NCBI GenBank assembly: GCA_964016885.1
Contig: OZ024743.1
Location: 137,392,001-137,456,000, forward strand
DNA from: Eledone cirrhosa
Lineage: Eukaryota
Length of the DNA: 64,000 nt
Direction: 5' to 3'
The position numbers and the translations under genes are program-made. The notes below the pieces were generated by a model. It worked only from the letters and a program-made list of their open reading frames with translations, searched no databases and was not told where the DNA came from. This document shows positions 14,301 to 26,100 of the stretch, piece after piece (within the stretch, counting starts at the first letter, position 1; every line of letters begins with the position of its first letter).

Positions 14301-17300
14301 AATCACCAAGCACCAAGCACCAAACACCAAGCACCAAGCACCAAACACCAAACCCCAACCACCATAGACCAAGCACCAAGCACCAAGGAACAAACACCAA
14401 GCACCAAGCACCAAGCACCACACACCAAGCACCAAGCACCAAGCACTAAACAGCAAGCACCAAACACCAAACACCAAACAGCAAACACCAAACAGCAAAC
14501 ACCAAACACCAAACAGCAAACAGCAAACGCCAAACACCAAGCACCAAGCACCAAGCACCAAACACCAAGCACCAAGCACCAAGAACCAAACACCAAACAC
14601 CAAACAGCAAGCACCAAGCACCAAACACCAAGCACCAAACACCAAACCCCAAGCACCAATCACCAAACACTAATCACCAAGCACCAAGCACGAAACACCG
14701 AGCACCAAACACCAAGCACCAAGCACCAAACACCAAACCCCAACCACCATAGACCAAGCACCAAGCACCAAGGAACAAACACCAAGCACCAAGCACCAAG
14801 CACCAAACACCAAGCACCAAGCACCAAACACCCAGCACCAAGCACCAAGCATCAAACAACAAGCACCAAGCACCAAACACCAAACACCAAACACCAAGCA
14901 CCAAGCACTAAACAGCAAGCACCAAACACCAAACAACAAACAGCAAACACCAAACAGCAAACACCAAACACCAAACAGCAAACAGCAAACGCCAAACACC
15001 AAGCACCAAGCACCAAGCACCAAACACCAAGCACCAAGCACCAAGCACAAAGAACGAAACAGCAAGCAGCAAGCAGCAAGCACCAAACACCAAGCACCAA
15101 GGACCAAACATCAAACACCAAGCACCAAGCACCAAATACCAAACACCAAGCACCAAACACCAAGCACCAAACACCAAGCACCAAACACCAAGCACCAAAC
15201 ACCAAACACCAAGCACCAAGCACCAAGCACCAAACACCAAGTACCAAACACCAAGCACCAAACACCAAGTCCCACGCACCAAGCAGCAAACACCAAGCAC
15301 CAAGCCCCAAGCACCAAACACCAAGCACCAAGCACCAAGCCCCTAGCACCAAACACCAAACACCAAGCACCAAGCACAAAACACCAAGCACCAATCACCA
15401 AGCACCAAACACCAAGCATCAAGCAGCAAGCACCAAACACCAAACACCAAGCACCAAGCACCAAATACCAAACACCAAGCACCAAGGACCAAACATCAAA
15501 CACCAAGCACCAAGCACCAAACGCCTAACACCAAGCACCAAGCACCAAGCACAAGCACCAAACACCAAGCACCAATCACCAAACACCAAGCACCAAGCAC
15601 CAAACACCAAGCACCAGGCACCAAGCACCAAACACCAAGCACCAAGCACCAAACAGCAAGCACCAAGACCGAAGCACCAAGCACCAAGCACCAAAAACCA
15701 AACACGAAGCACCAAGTACCAAAAACCATGCACTAAGAACCAAACACCAAGCACCAAGCACCAATCACCAAGCACCAAACACCAAACACCAAGCACCAAG
15801 CACCAAGCGCCAAGCACCAAACACCAAGCACCAAGCACTAAGCACCAAACACCTAGCCCCAAGCAGCAAGCACCAAACACCAAACACCAAGCACCAAGCA
15901 CCAAACACCAAGCACCAAGCACCAAGCACCTAGCACCAAACACCAAACACCAAGCACCAAGCACCAAACACCAAGCACCAATCACCAAGCACCAAACACC
16001 AAGCAGCAAGCACCAAGCACCAAGCACCAAACACCAAGCACCAGGCACCAAGCACCAAACACCAAGCACCATGCACCAAGCACCAAGCCCCAAACACTTA
16101 ACACCAAGCACCAAGCACCAGACACCAAGCACCAAAAACCAAACACCAAGCACCAACTACTAAACACCAAGCACCAAGCACCAAACACCAAGCACAAAGC
16201 ACCAATCACCAAACACCAAGAGCCAAGCACCAAACACCAAGCACCAAGGACCAAGCACCAGGCACCAAACACCAAGCACAAAACACAAAACACCAAGCAC
16301 CAAGCACCAAGCAGCAAACACCAAGCATCAAACACCAAATACCAAACACCAAGCACCAAACACCAAGCACCAAGCACCAAACACCAAAAACCAAGCACCA
16401 AGCACCAAACAACAAGCACCAGGCACCAAGCACCACACACCAACCACCAAGCATGCAGCATCAAACACCAAGCACCAAGCACCAAGCACCAAACACCAAG
16501 CACCAAGCACCAAGCACCAAACACCAAACAACAAGCACCAGGCACCAAGCACAAAACACGAACCAGCAAGCACACATCACCAAGCACTAAGCACCAAGCA
16601 CCAAACACCAAGCACCAAGCACCAAGCACCAAACACCAAACACCAAACACCAAGCACCAAGAACCAAACACCAAACACCAAACAGCAAGCACCAAGCACC
16701 AAACACCAAGCACCAAACACCAAACCCCAAGCACCAATCACAAAACACTAATCACCAAGCACCAAGCACCAAACACCGAGCACCAAGCATCAAGCACCAA
16801 ACACCAAGCACCAAGCACCAAGCACCAAGCACCAAACACCAAGCAATAAGCACCAAACACCAAACCCCAAGCACCAAAGACCAAGCACCAAGCACCAAGG
16901 ACCAAACACCAAGCACCAAGGACCAAGCAACAAACACCAAGCACCAAGCACCAAACACCCAGCACCAAGCACCAAGCACCAAACACCAAACACCAAGCAC
17001 GCAGCATCAAACACCAAGCACCAAGCACCAAGCACCAAACACCAGGCACCAAGCACCAAGTACCAAACACCAACCACCAAGCACCAAACACCAAACACCA
17101 AGCACCAAGCACCAAGCACGAAACACCAGGCACCAAGCACCAAGTACCAAACACCAAACACCAAGCACCAAACACCAGCCACCAAGCACCAAGCACCAAA
17201 TACCAAACACCAAGCACTAAGCACCAAACACCAAACAGCAAGCACCAGGCACCAAGCACCAAACACCAAACACCAAGCACGCATCACCAAACACCAAGCA

Positions 17301-17619
17301 CCAAGCACCAAGCACCAAACACCAAGCACCAAGCACCAAGCACCAAACACCAAACACCAAGCACCAAGCACCAAGAATCAAACACCAAACACCAAACAGC
17401 AAGCGCCAAGCACCAAACACCAAGCACCAAACACCAAACACCAAGCACTAAGCACCAAACACCAAACAACAAGCACCAGGCACCAAGCACCAAACACCAA
17501 ACACCAAGCACCAAGCACCAAACACCAAGCACCAAGCACCAAGCACCAAACACCAAGCACCAAGCACCAAGCACCAAACACCAAACACCAAACACCGAAC
17601 ACCAAGAACCAAACACCAA

Positions 17620-19370
17620 ACACCAAACAGCAGGCACCAAGCACCAAACACCAAGCACGAATCACCAAACACTAATCACCAAGCACCAAGCCCCAAACAC
17701 CAAGCACCAAGCAGCAAGCACCAAACACCAAGCACCAAGCACCAAACACCAAGCACCAAACACGAAGCACCAAGCACCAAACACCAAACCCCAAGCACCA
17801 AAGACCAAGCACCAAGCACCAAGGACCAAACACCAAGTACCAAGCACCAAGCACCAAACACCAAGCACCAAGCAGCAAACACCCAGCACCAAGCACCAAG
17901 CACCAAACACCAAGCACCAAGCACCAAACACCAAACACCAAACACCAAGCATCAAGCACCAAACAGCAAGCACCAAACACCAAGCACCAAACACCAAGCA
18001 CCAAACACAAAGTCCCACGCACCAAGCACTAAACACCAAACACCAAGCACCAAGCACCAAACACCAAGCACCAAGCACCAAGCCCCTAGCACCAAACACC
18101 AAACACCAAGCAAAAAGCACAAAACACCAAGCACCAATCACCAAGCACCAAACACCAAGCAGCAAGCAGCAAGCACCAAACACGAACGACCAAGCACCAA
18201 GCACCAAATACCAAACACCAAGCACCAAGGACCAAACATCAAACACCAAGCACCAAGCACCAAACGCCTAACACCAAGCACCAAGCACCAAGCACCAAGC
18301 CCCAAACACCAAGCACCAATCACCAAACACCAAGCACCAAGCACCAAACACCAAGCACCAGGCACCAAGCAGCAAACACCAAGCACCAAGCACCAAACAC
18401 CAAGCACCAAACACAAAGCACCAAGCACCAAACACCAAACCCCAAGCACCAAACACCAAACCTCAAGCACCAAGCGCAAAACACTAATCACCAAGCACCA
18501 AGCACCAAACACCAAGCACCAAGCACCAAGCACCAGGCACCAAGCACCAAGCACCAAACACTAATCACAAAGCACCAAGCACCAAGCACCAAACCCCAAG
18601 CATTAAGCACCTAGCACAAAACACCAAGCACCAAGCACCAAACACCAAACACCAAGCACCAAAGACCAAGCACCAAACACTAAACACCAAACACCAAGCA
18701 CCAAACACTGAACACCAAACACCAAGCACCAAGCACCAAGCACCAAACACCAAGCACCAAGCACTAAGCACCAAACACCAAGCCCCAAGCACCAAGCACC
18801 AAACACCAAACACCAAGCACCAAGCACCAAACACCAAGCACCAAGCACCGTGCACCTAGCACCAAACACCAAACACCAAGCACCAAGCACCAAACACCAA
18901 GCACCAATCACCAAGCACCAAACACCAAGCAGCAAGCAGCAAGCACCAAACACCAAGCACCAAGGACCAAACATCAAACACCAAGCACCAAGCACCAAAC
19001 ACCTAACACCAAGCACCAAGCACCAAGCACCAAGCACCAAGCACCGAACACCAAGCACATAACACCAAGCACCAAACACCAAGCACCAAGCACCAAACAC
19101 CAAGCACCAAACACCAAGCACCAAGCACTAAGCACCAAACACCAAGCACCAGGCACCAAGCACCAAGCCCCAAACACTTAACACCAAGCACCAAGCACCA
19201 AAAACCAAACACCAAGCACCAAGTACCAAACACCAAGCACCAAGCACCAAACACCAAGCACCAAGCACCAATCACCATACACCAAGCACCAAGCACCAAG
19301 CACCAGGCACCAAGCACCAAGCACCAAACACAAAACACCAAGCACCAAGCACCAAGCAGCAAACACCAAG
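17620..19370. repeat. Diverged copy of ~1100-3700 lacking one 854-bp unit (offset 16529, then 15675)
   Basis: ORF pairs 1609/18138 and 1739/18268 (offset 16529), and 2890/18565 and 3175/18850 (offset 15675). The difference between the offsets is 854. Confidence 0.8.
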
Positions 19371-19570
19371 NNNNNNNNNNNNNNNNNNNNNNNNNNNNNN
19401 NNNNNNNNNNNNNNNNNNNNNNNNNNNNNNNNNNNNNNNNNNNNNNNNNNNNNNNNNNNNNNNNNNNNNNNNNNNNNNNNNNNNNNNNNNNNNNNNNNNN
19501 NNNNNNNNNNNNNNNNNNNNNNNNNNNNNNNNNNNNNNNNNNNNNNNNNNNNNNNNNNNNNNNNNNNNNN
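19371..19570. other. Assembly gap of exactly 200 N (true size probably unknown)
   Basis: 200 consecutive N. A round fixed length is typical of scaffolding or curation joins rather than measured gaps. Confidence 0.97.
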
Positions 19571-20179
19571 CCTCTCCTTGGACAGCTGTAAATTATCTCC
19601 CCTTGGACGGCTGGAAATTATCTCCCCTTGGCTGGAAATTATCTCCCCTTGGACGGCTAGAAATTATCTCTCTTTGGACGGCTGGAAATTATCTCCCCTT
19701 GATTTTTTTTACAAATTATCTCCGCCTGATTTTTTTTTACAAATTATCTCCCCCTGATTTTTTTTTTACAAATTATCTCCCCCTGATTTTTTTTTACAAA
19801 TTATCTCCCCCTGATTTTTTTTTTACAAATTATCTCCCCCTGATTTTTTTACAAATTATCTCCCTCTGATTTTTTTTACAAATTATCTCCGCCTGATTTT
19901 TTTAAATATTATCTTCCCTTGGCTGGCGGGAAATTATCTGCCCTTGGACGGCTGGAAATTATCTCCCTTTGGAAGGATGGAAATTATCTCCCCTTGGACG
20001 GCTGGAAATTATCTCCCCTTGCACGGCTGGAAATTATCTCCCCTTGGACGGCTGGAAATTATCTGCCCTTGATTTTGTTTTTACAAATTATCTTCCCCTG
20101 ATTTTTTTTACAAATTATCTCCACCTGATTTTTTTAAAAATTATCTCCCCTTGGACGGCTGGAAATTATCTCCCCTTGG
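19571..20179. repeat. Minisatellite with 23 copies of core AAATTATCTCCCC(T/C)T and two spacer types: A = GGACGGCTGG (25-bp unit), B = GA-T(7-10)-AC (26-29 bp unit)
   Basis: Cores start at about 19590, 19615, 19636, 19661, 19686, 19713, 19741, 19770, 19798, 19827, 19853, 19880, 19906, 19931, 19956, 19981, 20006, 20031, 20056, 20085, 20112, 20138 and 20163. Truncated on the left by the gap. Confidence 0.95.
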
Positions 20180-23100
20180 TGCTTGGTGCTTGGTGATTAG
20201 TGTTTTGTGCTTGGTGCTTGGGGTTTGCTGTTTGGTACTTGGTGTTTGGTGCTTGGTGCTTGGTGTTTGGTGTTTGGTGTTTGGTGCTTGGTGTCTGGTG
20301 TTTGGTGTTTGGTGTTTGGTGCTTGGTGCTTGGTGTTTGGGTTTTGGTGCTTGGTTGTTGGTGTTTGGTGTTTGGTGCTTGGTGTTTGGTGCTTGGTGCT
20401 TGGTGTTTGGTGTTGGTTCTTGGTGTTTGGTGATTGGTGCTTGGTGCTTGGTGTTTGGTGCTTGGTGCTTGGTGTTTGGTACTTGGTGCTTGGTGTTTGG
20501 TGTTTGGTGCTTGGTGTTTGGTGCTTGGTGCTTGGTGCTTGGTGTTAAGTGTTTGGTGCTTGGTGCTTGGTCTTTGGTGCTTCGTGCTTGGTGCTTGGTG
20601 TTTGGTGCATGGTGCTTGGTGTTTGGTGCTTGGTGCCTGGTGCTTGGTGTCTGGTGCTTGGTGATTGGTGCTTGGTGTTTGGTGCTTGGTGTTCGGTGCT
20701 TGGTGCTTGGTGTTTGGTGCTTGGTGTTTGGTGCTTGGTGTTCGGTGCTTGGTGCTTGGTGCTTGGTGCTTGGTGTTAGGTGTTTGGTGCTTGGTGCTTG
20801 GTGTTTGGTGTTTGGTGCTTGCTGCTTGCTGCTTGGTGTTTGGTGCTTGGTGATTGGTGCTTGGTGTTTGGTGTTTGTGCTTGGTGTTTGGTATTTGCTG
20901 CTAGGTGCTTGGTGCTTGGTGCTTGGTGTTTGGTGCTTGGTGCTTGGTGTTTGGTGTTTGGTGCTTGGTGCTTGGGGCATAGTGTTTGGTGATTGGTGCT
21001 TGGTGCTTGGTGTTTGGTGCTTGGTGCTTGGTGTTTGGTACTTGGTGCTTGGTGTTTGGAGTTTGGTGCTTTGTGTTTGGTGCTTGGTGCTTGGTGCTTG
21101 GTGTTAAGTGTTTGGTGCTTGGTGCTTGGTGTTAGGTGCTTCGTGCTTGGTGCTTGGTGTTTGGTGCATGGTGCTTGGTGTTTGGTGCTTGGTGCCTGGT
21201 CCTTGGTTGTTTGGTTCTTGGTGTTTGGTGCTTGGTGCTTGGTGCTTGGTGTTCGGTGCTTTGTGCTTGGTGCTTGGTGCTTGGTGCTTGGTGTTTGATG
21301 TTTGGTCCTTGGTGCTTGGTGTTTGGTGTTTTGTGCTTGGTGCTTGGTGCTTGGTGTTTGGTGCTTGGTGCTTGGTGCTTGGTGTTTGGCGTTTGCTGTT
21401 TGCTGTTTGCTGTTTGATGTTTGCTGTTTGGTGTTTGCTGTTTGGTGTTTGGTGTTTGGTGCTTGCTGTTTGGTGCTTGGTGCTTGGTGTTTGGTGTTTG
21501 GTGTTTGGTGCCTGGTGCTTGGTGTTTGGTGCTTGGTGTTTGGTGCTTGGTGCTTGGTGTCTGGTCCTTGGTGCTTGGTGCTTGGTCTTTGGTGCTTGGG
21601 GTTTGGTGTTTGGTGCTTGGTGCTTGGTGTTTGGTGCTTGCTGCTTGGTGATTAGTGTTTGGTGATTGGTGCTTGGGGTTTGGTGTTTGGTGCTTGGTGT
21701 TTGGTGCTTGGTGTTTGGTGCTTGGTGTTCGGTGCTTGGTGCTTGGTGTTTGGTGCTTGGTTTTTGGTGTTTGGTGCTTGGTACCTGGTGCTTGTTGTTT
21801 GGTGTTTGGTGCTTGGTGCTTGGTGCTTGGTGTTTGGTGTTTGGTGGTTGGTGCTTGGTGTTTGGTGTTTGGTGCTGGGTGCTTGGAGTTTGGTGCTTGG
21901 TGCTTGGTGCTTAGTGCTTGGTGCTTGGTGTTTGGTGCTTGGTGTTTGGTGTTTGGTGTTTGATGCTTGGTGTGTGCTGCTTGGTGCTTGGTGCTTGGTG
22001 TTTTGTGTTTGGTGTTTGGTTCTTGGTGGTTGGTGGTTGGTGCTTGGTGCTTGGTGCTGGGTGGTTTGCGTTTGGTGCTTGGTGCTTGGTGTTTGGTGCT
22101 TGGTGCTTGGTGCTTGGTGTTTGTTGCTTGGTGCTTGGTGCTTGGTCTTTGGTGCTTGGTGTTTGGTGTCTGGTGCTTGGTGCTTGGTGTTTGGTGCTTG
22201 GTGCTGGGTGATTAGTGTTTGGTGCTTGGTGCTTGGGGTTTGGTGTTTGGTACTTGGTGCTTGGTGTTTAGTGCTTGGTGCTTGGTGTTTGGTGCTTGGT
22301 GTTTGGTGTTTTCTGTTTGGTGTTTGGTGTTTGGTGTTTGGTGTTTGCTGTTTGGTGTCTGCTTTTTGGTGTTTGGTGTTTGCTGTATGGTGTTTGCTGT
22401 TTCATGTATGGAGTTTGCTGTTTGCTGTTTGGTGTTTCCTGTTTGCTGTTTGGTGTTTGGTGCTTGGTGCTTGGTGTTTGGTGTTTGGTGCTTGGTGCTT
22501 GGTGTTTGGTGCTTAGTGCTTGGTGTTTGGTGTTTGGTGCTTGGTGCCTGGTGCTTGATGTTTGGTGTTTGGTGCTTGGTGCTTGATGTTTGGTGTTTGG
22601 TGCTTGGTGTCTGGTGTTTGGTGCTTGGTGTTTGGTGTTTGGTGCTTCGGTCTTCATGCTTGGTGTTTCTTGCTTGGTGCTTGGTGTTTGGTGCTTGGTG
22701 CCTGGTGCTTGGTGTTTGGTGTTTGCTGTTTGGTGTCTGCTTTTTGGTGTTTGGTGTTTTGTTCTTGGTGCCTGGTGTTTGGCATTTGGTGCTTGGTGCT
22801 TGGTGTTTGGTGCCTGGTGCTTGGTTTTTGGTGTTTAGTGCTTGGTACCTGGTGCTTGTTGTTTGGTGTTTGGTGCTTGGTGCTTGGTGCTTGGTGTTTG
22901 GTGCCTGGTGTCTGGTGTTTGGTGCTTGGTGTTTGGTGTTTGGTGGTTGGTGCTTGGTGTTTGGTGTTTGGTGCTGGGTGCTTGGAGGTTGGTGCTTGGT
23001 GCTTGGTGCTTAGTACTTGGTGTTTGGTGTTTGGTGCTTGGTGTTTGGTGTTTGGTGTTTGATGCTTGGTGTGTGCTGCTTGGTGCTTGGTGCTTGGTGT

Positions 23101-26100
23101 TTTGTGTTTGGTGTTTGGTGCTTGGTGCCTGGTTCTTGGTGCTTGGTGCTTGTTGTTTGGTGCTTGGTGCTTGGTGATTAGTGTTTGGTGCTTGGTGCTT
23201 GGGGTTTGCTGTTTGGTGCTTGGTGTTTGGTGCTTGGTGCTTGGTGTTTGGTGTTTGGTGTTTGGTGCTTCTTGTCTGGTGTTTGGTGTTTGGTGTTTGG
23301 TGCTTGGTGCTTGGTGTTTGGGTTTTGGTGCTTGGTTGTTGGTGTTTGGTGTTTGGTGCTTGGTGTTTGGTGCTGGGTTCTTGGTGCTTGGTGTTTGGTG
23401 CTGGGTGCTTGGTGTTTGGTGCTTGGTGCTTGGTGCTTGGTGCTTGGTGTTTGGTGTTTGGTACTTGGTGTTTGATGCTTTTTGCTGGGTGCTTGTTGTT
23501 TTGTGTTTGGTGTTTGGTGCTTGGTGTATGTACTAGGTGCTTGTTGTTTGGTGCTTGGTGCTTGGTGATTAGTGTTTGGTGCTTGGTGCTTGGGGTTTGC
23601 TGTTTGGTGCTTGGTGTTTGGTGCTTGGTGCTTGGTGTTTGGTGTTTGGTGTTTGGTGCTTCTTGTCTGGTGTTTGGTGTTTGGTGTTTGGTGCTTGGTG
23701 CTTGGTGTTTGGGTTTTGGTGCTTGGTTGTTGGTGTTTGGTGTTTGGTGCTTGGTGTTTGGTGTTTGGTGCTTGGTGTTTGGTGCTGGGTGCTTGGTGCT
23801 TGGTGTTTGGTGCTGGGTGCTTGGTGTTTGGTGCTTGGTGCTTGGTGCTTGGTGCTTGGTGTTTGGTGTTTGGTACTTGGTGCTTGGTGTTTGGTGTTTG
23901 ATGCTTGGTGTTTGATGCTTTTTGCTGGGTGCTTGTTGTTTTGTGTTTGGTGTTTGGTGCTTGGTGTATGTACTAGGTGCTTGGTGCTTGGTGTTTGGTG
24001 TTGGTTCTTTGTGTTTGGTGATAGGTGCTTGGTGCTTGGTGTTTGGTGCTTGGTGCTTGGTGTTTGGTACTTGGTGCTTGGTGTTTGGTGTTTGGTGCTT
24101 GGTGTTTGGTGCTTGGTGCTTGGTGCTTGGTGTTAAGTGTTTGGTGCTTGGTGCTTGGTCTTTGGTGCTTCGTGCTTGGTGCTTGGTGTTTGGTGCATGG
24201 TGCTTGGTGTTTGGTGCTTGGTGTTCGGTGCTTGGTGCTTGGTGCTTGGTGTTTGATGTTGGGTCCTTGGTGCTTGGTGTTTGGTGTTTGGTGCTTGGTG
24301 TTTGGTGTTTGGTGCTTGCTGCTTGCTGCTTGTTTCGTTCTTTGTGATTGGTGCTTGGTGTTTGGTGCTTGGTGCTTGGTGCTTGGTGTTAAGTGTTTGG
24401 TGCTTGGTGCTTGGTGTTTGATGTTTGGTGCTTGGTGCTTGGTGTTTGGTGTTTGGTGCTTGGTGCTTGGTGTTTGGTGCTTGGTGTTCGGTGCTTGGTG
24501 CTTGGTGCTTGGTGTTTGATGTTGGGTCCTTGGTGCTTGGTGTTTGGTGTTTGGTGCTTGGTGTTTGGTGTTTGGTGCTTGCTGCTTGCTGCTTGTTTCG
24601 TTCTTTGTGATTGGTGCTTGGTGTTTGGTGCTTGGTGCTTGGTGCTTGGTGTTAAGTGTTTGGTGCTTGGTGCTTGGTGTTTGATGTTTGGTGCTTGGTG
24701 CTTGGTGTTTGGTGTTTGGTGCTTGGTGCTTGGTGTTTGGTGTTTGGTGCTTGCTGCTTGGTGCTTGGTCTTTGGTGCTTGGTGTTTGGTGTCTGGTGCT
24801 TGGTGCTTGGTGTTTGGTGCTTGGTGCTGGGTGATTAGTGTTTGGTGCTTGGTGCTTGGGGTTTGGTGTTTGGTGCTTGGTGCTTGGTGTTTAGTGCTTG
24901 GTGCTTGGTGTTTGGTGCTTGGTGTTTGGTGTTTTCTGTTTGGTGTTTGGTGTTTGGTGTTTGGTGTTTGCTGTTTGGTGTCTGCTTTTTGGTGTTTGGT
25001 GTTTGCTGTATGGTGTTTGCTGTTTCATGTATGGAGTTTGCTGTTTGCTGTTTGGTGTTTCCTGTTTGCTGTTTGGTGTTTGGTGCTTGGTGCTTGGTGT
25101 TTGGTGTTTGGTGCTTGGTGCTTGGTGTTTGGTGCTTAGTGCTTGGTGTTTGGTGTTTGGTGCTTGGTGCCTGGTGCTTGATGTTTGGTGTTTGGTGCTT
25201 GGTGCTTGATGTTTGGTGTTTGGTGCTTGGTGTCTGGTGTTTGGTGCTTGGTGTTTGGTGTTTGGTGCTTGGTGCTTGGTGTTTGGTGTTTGGTGCTTGG
25301 TGCTTGGTGTTTGGTGTTTGGTGTTTGGTGCTTGGTGCTTGGTGCTTGGTGATTTGTGTTTGGAGCTTGGTGCTTGGTGTTTGGTGCTTCGGTCTTCATG
25401 CTTGGTGTTTCTTGCTTGGTGCTTGGTGTTTGGTGCTTGGTGCCTGGTGCTTGGTGTTTGGTGTTTGCTGTTTGGTGTCTGCTTTTTGGTGTTTGGTGTT
25501 TTGTTCTTGGTGCCTGGTGTTTGGCATTTGGTGCTTGGTGCTTGGTGTTTGGTGCCTGGTGCTTGGTTTTTGGTGTTTGGTGCTTGGTACCTGGTGCTTG
25601 TTGTTTGGTGTTTGGTGCTTGGTGCTTGGTGCTTGGTGTTTGGTGCCTGGTGTCTGGTGTTTGGTGCTTGGTGTTTGGTGTTTGGTGGTTGGTGCTTGGT
25701 TTTTTGGTGTTTGGTGCTGGGTGCTTGGAGGTTGGTGCTTGGTGCTTGGTGCTTAGTACTTGGTGTTTGGTGTTTGGTGCTTGGTGTTTGGTGTTTGGTG
25801 TTTGATGCTTGGTGTGTGCTGCTTGGTGCTTGGTGCTTGGTGTTTTGTGTTTGGTGTTTGGTGCTTGGTGCCTGGTTCTTGGTGCTTGGTGCTTGTTGTT
25901 TGGTGCTTGGTGCTTGGTGATTAGTGTTTGGTGCTTGGTGCTTGGGGTTTGCTGTTTGGTGCTTGGTGTTTGGTGCTTGGTGCTTGGTGTTTTGTGTTTG
26001 GTGTTTGGTGCTTCTTGTCTGGTGTTTGGTGTTTGGTGTTTGGTGCTTGGTGCTTGGTGTTTGGGTTTTGGTGCTTGGTTGTTGGTGTTTGGTGTTTGGT

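Larger units (their letters stand above)
1..19370 (-). repeat. 7-bp satellite array, CA-rich orientation: (CACCAAG/CACCAAA)n; runs off the left edge and ends at the gap
   Basis: Continuous heptamer tandem repeat with interspersed CACCAAG and CACCAAA and minor variants (CAGCAAA, CACTAAT, CACCAAT, CATCAAA, CACCAGG). Very little T on the + strand. Strand is given as '-' because the GT-rich strand is the minus strand here. Confidence 0.98.

Noticed and set aside
19696-19905. Poly-T runs as intrinsic terminators
   Set aside because: There is no preceding GC hairpin or upstream gene. The tracts are variable-length repeat spacers.
19571-20179. CRISPR-like repeat-spacer appearance
   Set aside because: The core is only ~15 bp, and the spacers are ~10-14 bp and of just two recurring types rather than unique. 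There is no leader or cas gene, and the context is satellite DNA.
19371-20179. Telomere-telomere fusion site
   Set aside because: The polarity is wrong, since a fusion gives G-rich then C-rich on the + strand. The join is also unsequenced.
19371-20179. GC-skew flip as a bacterial replication origin
   Set aside because: The skew is entirely due to satellite orientation. There are no genes or evident DnaA-box clusters.
19603-20196. Short ORFs (MDGWKLSPL...) in the minisatellite
   Set aside because: They are periodic translations of the 25-29 bp unit, start at non-ATG codons and shift frame with T-tract length.
20175-20250. De novo telomerase addition at the CTTGG seed
   Set aside because: The first heptamers carry multiple rare variants matching an internal copy at ~26755-26820, which indicates copying or recombination from an existing array rather than fresh templated synthesis.
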